Assembly (NCBI GenBank): GCA_028408365.1
Contig: JAOOLD010000002.1
Span: 13,183-77,182, forward strand
Direction of reading: 5' to 3'
Length of the DNA stretch: 64,000 nucleotides
Source of the DNA: Bacteroidota bacterium
GTDB taxonomy: Bacteria; Bacteroidota; Bacteroidia; Flavobacteriales; BACL11
Position numbers and translations under genes: made by a program
Notes under the pieces: generated by a model
Databases searched by the model: none
Told to the model about the DNA's origin: nothing
The model's input: only the letters and a program-made list of their open reading frames with translations
Shown here: in pieces, positions 58,283 through 64,000 of the stretch
Layout: each line of letters starts with the position of its first letter
Position numbering within the stretch: position 1 is the stretch's first letter

Positions 58283-60913
58283 ATGAAAGTTAAAAAAAAA
58301 ATATTTTTAGTAGATGCATACGCAATAATTTATCGTGCCTACTTTGCTTTCATAAAAAATCCTAGAATTAATTCAAAAGGTTATGATACGTCAACTATTT
58401 TTGGCTTTGCTAACTCAATTTTTGAAATCATAAATAAACATAAACCTACACATTTAGCTGTTGTTTTTGATTCAAAAGAACCAACATTTAGACATATCGA
58501 ATTTTCTGAGTATAAAGCAAATAGGCAGGAAATGCCTGATCCTATAAAAAACTCTCTAGACTATATCTTTAAATTTCTTGATTCAATTAATGTTAAGACT
58601 TATGCTAAGGCGGGCTATGAAGCTGATGATATTATTGGAACCATTTCTAAAGCCCTAGAAAAAAAAGAATTTGAAGTTTTTATGATGACTCCTGACAAGG
58701 ACTTTGCTCAACTTGTTTCTAAAAACATAAAAATGTATAGACCATCTAGTAAATGGAGGCCAAGCGAAATATGGGGAGTAGAAAATGTACTTGAGAAATT
58801 TAAAATTCAAAATCAAAAACAGATAATCGATTTGCTTGCACTTATGGGAGACGCTTCTGATAACATACCTGGTATTGCAGGCGTGGGTAAAATTACAGCT
58901 CAAAAGTTTATTTCTCAATTTGGTTCTGTAGAAAACTTACTAGAAAATGTAGATAAAATAAGTGGAAAAATTAAGGAAAAAGTAAAAGATGGCAGAGAAT
59001 CAGCAATACTATCTAAGAGGTTGGCAACCATAATTACTGACGTCCCAATTGAATTTGATGAGAAAGAAATGATACTTGGTCAATTTAATTCGGCCAAACT
59101 TAAAGAACTGTTTGATGAGCTTGAGTTTAGGAATCTTTCTGAAAAGATTCTTTCACAAGAAATTCCAAAAGCAAAACCTATTACTGAGTCAAAACAAGCT
59201 AATTTATTCACTAATGTTAGTCAAGAAAATAAATCTGAAGTTATTAAAATGGATGATTTAGAGTTTAAAAGAGAATTAAATAGTCTTAAAGGCGTATCAC
59301 ACTTGTCAATTTACTTTGATAATCTTTTAGATGAAAACCCCTTATGTGTTTTCATTTGTGATATAAACAAAAAATTGTTGGTAAATGAAATTAATGATGA
59401 TACAAAAATATTTTTAAAGGATTTTCTTGAATCTAATTTTAATAACTCAACAAAAACAATCGTTAGTGATAATGTTAAGTTCCTACTTAAAAATATTTTT
59501 CAAAACCCAAAAAAACTTGAGACCAATTTTTTTGATCTGCATATCGCTGAATATTTAATAGATTCTTCTGCTAATAGCCAAACAAGAAATTTAGTCGCAA
59601 AATACACTAATGATGATGTATATGATCACTTTGTTTCAGCTTTTTATGAAACTTACAAAAAACAATTAGATGAACTAAAGAGCTCCAATCTACTTGATCT
59701 TTTTCAAGAAATTGAAATTCCATTAATTTATGCTCTGCTTGAAATGGAAAACAGTGGAATTAAAATAGATATAAAGTTTTTAGATGATTTTTCTAAGCAA
59801 CTAGATGATGAACTATTTAAGCTTGAAAATGAAATAGTAAAAATTTCTGGAAAAACATTCAATGTTTCTTCACCTAAACAATTAGGGGAAGTTCTCTTTG
59901 ATTATTTAAAATTAACTGACAAGCCAAAGAAAACTAAATCTGGACAATACTCAACTTCTGAAGAAACATTAATAAGACTGAGGGATAAACATCCGATTAT
60001 TAATTTAATACTCGAGCATAGGGAAATAAATAAACTTAATAATACTTATGTAAAAGCATTACCAAAAGTTGCAGTTTCTGAAAGAATTCATACCACATTT
60101 AATCAAACAGTCACATCAACTGGACGCTTAAGTTCTGTAAATCCTAATATTCAAAATATACCTATTCGCTCTAGCAGAGGTAAGCTCATTCGAAAGGCGT
60201 TCCAGTCAAGAAGTTCTGACTTCACTTTATTAGCTGCTGATTACTCGCAAATAGAGTTAAGAATAATGGCATCATTAAGTAATGACAATTTTTTGATAGA
60301 TGCATTTAATAACGATTTAGATATACATTCAGCAACTGCTTCAAAAATTAATAACGTTAGTTTAGAAAAAGTAACAAAAGAAATGAGATCTGATGCTAAG
60401 GCTGTAAATTTTGGTATAATTTATGGTATTTCTCCTCATGGTTTGTCTCAAAATTTAGGTATTAGTAGAAACAAAGCAAAAGAAATAATTGAAAGCTATT
60501 TTAATGAGTTCAAAGGTGTAAAAAAGTATATGGACTTTTTAATTAATGAAGCTAGAAACTACGAATTTGCTAAGACAATTTTTAACAGAAAAAGACCACT
60601 GAGAAATATAAATTCAAAAAATTATGTTTTGAAATCATTTGAGGAGAGAATCGCAATCAATATGCCAATTCAGGGAACAGCAGCTGATATTATTAAAATA
60701 GCAATGATTGATATAAATAACGAAATAGTACATCAAAATTTAAATTCTAAAATGATTTTACAAGTGCATGACGAGTTAGTTTTCGATGTTTATAAATCAG
60801 AAATAAATGAGATGAAGAAATTGGTTAAGGAAAAAATGGAGAACGCAACAAGATTGGTTGTACCACTCAAAGTAGATATAGGAATTTCAAATAATTGGTT
60901 AGATGCTCACTAG
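58283..60913 (+). CDS. polA: DNA polymerase I
   Basis: It has a 5' nuclease N-domain. Polymerase motifs A (DYSQIELR), B (RSDAKAVNFGIIYG) and C (QVHDELVF) are present. Confidence 0.95.
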   Translation: MKVKKKIFLVDAYAIIYRAYFAFIKNPRINSKGYDTSTIFGFANSIFEIINKHKPTHLAVVFDSKEPTFRHIEFSEYKANRQEMPDPIKNSLDYIFKFLDSINVKTYAKAGYEADDIIGTISKALEKKEFEVFMMTPDKDFAQLVSKNIKMYRPSSKWRPSEIWGVENVLEKFKIQNQKQIIDLLALMGDASDNIPGIAGVGKITAQKFISQFGSVENLLENVDKISGKIKEKVKDGRESAILSKRLATIITDVPIEFDEKEMILGQFNSAKLKELFDELEFRNLSEKILSQEIPKAKPITESKQANLFTNVSQENKSEVIKMDDLEFKRELNSLKGVSHLSIYFDNLLDENPLCVFICDINKKLLVNEINDDTKIFLKDFLESNFNNSTKTIVSDNVKFLLKNIFQNPKKLETNFFDLHIAEYLIDSSANSQTRNLVAKYTNDDVYDHFVSAFYETYKKQLDELKSSNLLDLFQEIEIPLIYALLEMENSGIKIDIKFLDDFSKQLDDELFKLENEIVKISGKTFNVSSPKQLGEVLFDYLKLTDKPKKTKSGQYSTSEETLIRLRDKHPIINLILEHREINKLNNTYVKALPKVAVSERIHTTFNQTVTSTGRLSSVNPNIQNIPIRSSRGKLIRKAFQSRSSDFTLLAADYSQIELRIMASLSNDNFLIDAFNNDLDIHSATASKINNVSLEKVTKEMRSDAKAVNFGIIYGISPHGLSQNLGISRNKAKEIIESYFNEFKGVKKYMDFLINEARNYEFAKTIFNRKRPLRNINSKNYVLKSFEERIAINMPIQGTAADIIKIAMIDINNEIVHQNLNSKMILQVHDELVFDVYKSEINEMKKLVKEKMENATRLVVPLKVDIGISNNWLDAH

Positions 60914-61122
60914 CTATTCTTATTGTAGAGTTGATATAAAATAATGATGAAAAGAATACCTATAAAAGAACTTCCTGCATCTTGAATATTTCCAACGGGG
61001 TCCCAACCAAGAATTTTTTCGTTAATCAATAGTTGTGTTACAACCCCAAGGCATAATAGAGTTAGGGCTAATTTGATTATGCGAATTATGAAGGATTGAA
61101 TTTTATCAAAAAAATCTAGCAT
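60910..61122 (-). CDS. 70-aa two-TM small membrane protein, unknown function
   Basis: The sequence is MLDFFDKIQSFIIRIIKLALTLLCLGVVTQLL...FIGILFIIILYQL. It overlaps the polA stop by 4 nt (convergent). Confidence 0.5.
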   Translation of the reverse strand: MLDFFDKIQSFIIRIIKLALTLLCLGVVTQLLINEKILGWDPVGNIQDAGSSFIGILFIIILYQLYNKNS

Positions 61123-61154
61123 TTTTTAAATTTAAAATTAATAAAAATACTCAG

Positions 61155-61232
61155 TTAGAGATATTTTTCTATTCTGCTAGAGAGCATCATAAATAATGCA
61201 ATTGCAAGAAGTGTACAAATAAAAGCTATCAT
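61155..61232 (-). CDS. possible 25-aa hydrophobic mini-ORF
   Basis: ATG 61232 to TAA 61155-61157 encodes MIAFICTLLAIALFMMLSSRIEKYL. It lies between the terminator and the 70-aa ORF. It could be a chance ORF. Confidence 0.2.
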   Translation of the reverse strand: MIAFICTLLAIALFMMLSSRIEKYL

Positions 61233-61235
61233 ATT

Positions 61236-61270
61236 AAAAAAAAAATAGCCCTACTTAATTGCAGGGCTAT
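61236..61270 (-). terminator. rho-independent terminator after the 75-aa ORF
   Basis: The minus strand reads ATAGCCCT-gcaattaagt-AGGGCTAT followed by a run of 10 T. It starts 28 nt after the stop at 61298. Confidence 0.65.
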
Positions 61271-61297
61271 TTATTAAACTAAAACATTGATTTAGAA

Positions 61298-61525
61298 TTA
61301 TTTTCCTGTTAGTAAAGAAAACAATACAAGTAAACCAACTAAGCCAGCGAAGCCAGCTCCACCCAAACCGTTAATAACAGCCATTACGTTGTCAATAACA
61401 GTCATTCCAAACATTGATCCTCCTCCAAAAAGAATCTCTACAGCAACTCCAAGACCTAAAACTGTCATAATTAAACCAGTTAAGCCTTTGAAAAAGCCAT
61501 TAAAATACTTAAATACATTGTCCAT
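61298..61525 (-). CDS. 75-aa glycine-rich two-TM small membrane protein, unknown function
   Basis: The sequence is MDNVFKYFNGFFKGLTGLIMTVLGLGVAVEILFGGG...GGAGFAGLVGLLVLFSLLTGK. It has a 293-nt upstream intergenic region and its own terminator. Confidence 0.55.
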   Translation of the reverse strand: MDNVFKYFNGFFKGLTGLIMTVLGLGVAVEILFGGGSMFGMTVIDNVMAVINGLGGAGFAGLVGLLVLFSLLTGK

Positions 61526-61818
61526 AATTAATATAAATTTTGATTAATATGGCCCAAACTTAAAACATAATTGGTTTTGTTTATTAAATTATTTGATTTT
61601 TTTCTTTTGATGAGATTTAAGCGTTAATATTTTATCAAAAAAAAATTATTTACACCTAAATAGCTGAAAATGAATAGGTTACAGTTTTTGCATTTTTTTT
61701 AATATGTATTTTTATTCATCTTTTTACACATTATGTTGTTAAAAACACAAGTACAATATAACTCATTGTAAATCAATCTTTTAAGTATTTTTTTTCTATT
61801 TTTTCATTGATTTGAATC

Positions 61819-62523
61819 TCATATTTTAAGATTTCTTAGATAAATCACAGTTTCATCGAAATTTTGTTGGTTTTTGTACAAATAATTTAGTTTTTCAGCA
61901 ATTAGTTTAGCAGATACTAGTTCGTTGTTTTTATGGTACTCAATAAATTTATCTACAAGTGGAAAATTTCTTTTGCTGCAGTTTCTTATGTGTTTTTGCA
62001 TTGGAGTATCTACAATTCCGGGATGTATGGAAAAAATACGAAGATTACTATTGAGACTTTCATTTTTTAAAACTTGTGATAACAATTCAAGCCCTGATTT
62101 TGAAGCACAATAAGTAGACCAACTATGTATTGGTCTTGCAGCAGCTCCTGAGCTGATGCTAAATATTGTTTTTTTAATATTATTAAATTTTTTAATGAAC
62201 TTATTAAATAAAATAATAGGAGAAATAAGATTGCAATTTATTTCAGATAATAAATTGTAATTCTCTTTCTTATCAAAGGGTACAATATTGCCTAAAGTTG
62301 CAGCACTGTTCACTAATAAGATTTCATCGCAACAGATGCTAGGAAGCTCATAGCTTTCTATGTTTTTTATGTCAGATAAATCAACTGAATTATGAACGAA
62401 TAAATCGTGAGTTATTTTATTTGAGCGCGAAATCCCGTAAACAAACCACCCTTCATTCAAAAGTAGTTGAGTTAATTCTTTGCCAACACCTGAGCTAGAG
62501 CCAGTTATAATTGCAGCTTTCAA
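61819..62523 (-). CDS. short-chain dehydrogenase/reductase family oxidoreductase
   Basis: The cofactor motif TGSSSGVGK and the catalytic YCASK (YxxxK) are present. Confidence 0.8.
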   Translation of the reverse strand: MKAAIITGSSSGVGKELTQLLLNEGWFVYGISRSNKITHDLFVHNSVDLSDIKNIESYELPSICCDEILLVNSAATLGNIVPFDKKENYNLLSEINCNLISPIILFNKFIKKFNNIKKTIFSISSGAAARPIHSWSTYCASKSGLELLSQVLKNESLNSNLRIFSIHPGIVDTPMQKHIRNCSKRNFPLVDKFIEYHKNNELVSAKLIAEKLNYLYKNQQNFDETVIYLRNLKI

Positions 62524-62525
62524 AG

Positions 62526-63671
62526 CTATACTTTTTTGAGTGTAGACTCTAAATCATAAATCAAATCATCAATATCTTCAATACCAACACTTAATCTTAT
62601 TAATGAGTCTGTTACACCACTTTTTAGTCTTTCTTTTTTGGGTATTGCAGCATGAGTCATAGAGGCCGGATGACCACAAAGTGATTCAACTCCGCCTAGA
62701 CTTTCAGCTAAAGTAAAAAAATGGGTTTTTGAAACAAATTCTTCAGCTTTCTTCAACGAGCTATTATTTAGATCAAATGACAGCATACCTCCATAGTTTT
62801 TCATTTGCTTTTTTGCAATATCATGATTTTTATGATTTATCAGTCCTGGATAGAATACATTTTTTATCTTATTGTGCTTACTTAAAAAATTAGCAATCTC
62901 GATGCCATTTTCACAATGTCTTTGCATTCTCACGTGAAGAGTTTTAATACCTCTTAGGGCTAGAAAACAGTCTTGAGGTCCAGGTACAGCTCCGCAAGAA
63001 TTTTGCAAGAAAAATAACTGCTCAGCTATATCATCATTATTACAAATAAGTGCGCCCATAATAATATCAGAGTGACCTCCAATAAATTTAGTTACGGAAT
63101 GCATAACAATATCAGCCCCTAAATCAAGAGGGTTTTGTAAATATGGTGTAGCGAATGTATTGTCAACACAAACTAATATTTGCTTTGACTTTACAGCAAG
63201 TGTTATTTTTTCAATGTCAATTATATTTAACATTGGATTAGTTGGCGTCTCAACCCAAATTAATTTGGTTTTTTCACTCACAAGATTTAATACATTTTCA
63301 TAATTAGTAGCATCACAGAAATGAAATTTAATTCCATAATTTTCAAATACCTTAGTAAATAATCGGTATGTTCCTCCGTACAAATCATTAGTTGAAATTA
63401 CTTCATCACCGGCTTTGAGTAATTTAATAACACTATCAATAGCAGCTAGTCCACTAGAGTAACAAAGTCCGTGTTTTCCATTTTCTAAAGCACTAATATT
63501 TTTTTCAAGTGCTAATCTTGTTGGATTTCCTGTTCTTGAATATTCAAAGCCCTTATGCTCACCAGGTGAATCTTGAACGTAGGTTGATGTTTGATAAATA
63601 GGAGTCATAATTGCACCAGTTGATAAGTCAGCAGAAAGTCCGGCGTGTATAGTTTTTGTATTAAATTTCAT
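62526..63671 (-). CDS. Cys/Met-metabolism PLP enzyme (cystathionine gamma-synthase / beta- or gamma-lyase family)
   Basis: The PLP-lysine motif SVTKFIGGHSD is present in a 381-aa protein. Exact specificity cannot be resolved from sequence alone. Confidence 0.85.
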   Translation of the reverse strand: MKFNTKTIHAGLSADLSTGAIMTPIYQTSTYVQDSPGEHKGFEYSRTGNPTRLALEKNISALENGKHGLCYSSGLAAIDSVIKLLKAGDEVISTNDLYGGTYRLFTKVFENYGIKFHFCDATNYENVLNLVSEKTKLIWVETPTNPMLNIIDIEKITLAVKSKQILVCVDNTFATPYLQNPLDLGADIVMHSVTKFIGGHSDIIMGALICNNDDIAEQLFFLQNSCGAVPGPQDCFLALRGIKTLHVRMQRHCENGIEIANFLSKHNKIKNVFYPGLINHKNHDIAKKQMKNYGGMLSFDLNNSSLKKAEEFVSKTHFFTLAESLGGVESLCGHPASMTHAAIPKKERLKSGVTDSLIRLSVGIEDIDDLIYDLESTLKKV

Positions 63672-63737
63672 GTTAATAATATATTAATACACAAAGCTAT
63701 AAAACATTTGTTTCTACATTTGTAAAAATTAAAATTT

Positions 63738-64000
63738 TTGAATTCAAAAATATTTGCTCATTTGGCATTATTATGTGCTAACTTAATTTATGCGCTTAAT
63801 TACACATTAGCTAAAGACGTAATGCCAAATTACATTGAACCATCTGGATTTATTTTGTTAAGAGTAATAAGTGCTATTATCTTATTTTCTGTTTGTTATG
63901 TTGTTTTTGTAAAAGAAAAAATTTACTCAAAGGATTTAGCACTATTTTTTTTGTGCGGCATTTTCGGAGTTACAATCAATCAACTATTATTTTTTAAAGG
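63738..64000 (+). CDS. EamA/DMT family transporter, 3' end outside window
   Basis: A TTG start at 63738 gives MNSKIFAHLALLCANLIYALNYTLAKDVM...GFILLRVISA, which is typical of an EamA N-terminus. The ORF runs off the window. Confidence 0.6.
   Translation, partial: MNSKIFAHLALLCANLIYALNYTLAKDVMPNYIEPSGFILLRVISAIILFSVCYVVFVKEKIYSKDLALFFLCGIFGVTINQLLFFK

Noticed and set aside
1-64000. CRISPR arrays, tRNA/rRNA genes, insertion sequences, integrases, prophage or defence islands
   Set aside because: No direct-repeat/spacer periodicity is visible, and no gap is large or GC-rich enough for a tRNA. No ORF shows transposase, integrase or phage motifs. Every sizeable ORF is accounted for by housekeeping or conserved hypothetical genes. 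By-eye scanning could still miss short or degenerate elements.

Overview
This window is an AT-rich (about 30% G+C by eye, not computed), tightly packed chromosomal core segment of a Bacteroidota genome, most likely a small-genome Flavobacteriia member. The taxonomic call rests on GldH, a T9SS type-B C-terminal sorting domain, an S46 dipeptidyl-peptidase, TTG/TAnnTTTG promoter boxes, DUF2480/DUF3050 next to suf, and an ATP-cone fused to NrdB. About 60 protein genes are supported, almost all housekeeping. They include four aminoacyl-tRNA ligase genes (pheS, lysS, ileS), pgk, holB, PBP1A, scoAB, lipB, uvrC, asd, lspA, a nine-gene suf string, sdhCAB, nrdAB, purF/purQ/purD, lepA and polA. I found no rRNA, tRNA, CRISPR array, transposase, integrase, phage gene or recognisable defence gene, so this is not an accessory island. 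No unambiguous novel system is visible. The best candidates for undescribed biology are listed here. (1) A translationally coupled trio: a GAD/CSAD-like PLP decarboxylase, a His...Cys permuted-papain-like protein and a 92-aa CxxC protein (26.7-29.1 kb). (2) Three tiny hydrophobic ORFs in a row with a strong terminator (60.9-61.5 kb). (3) A fructosamine-kinase gene whose conserved N-terminus has no canonical start codon and lies in frame behind a TAA-TAA double stop. (4) A decayed second copy of the 3' half of purQ directly behind the intact purQ. (5) Two unknown-function genes appended to the suf operon. All similarity statements are by-eye motif recognition, and no database search was run.
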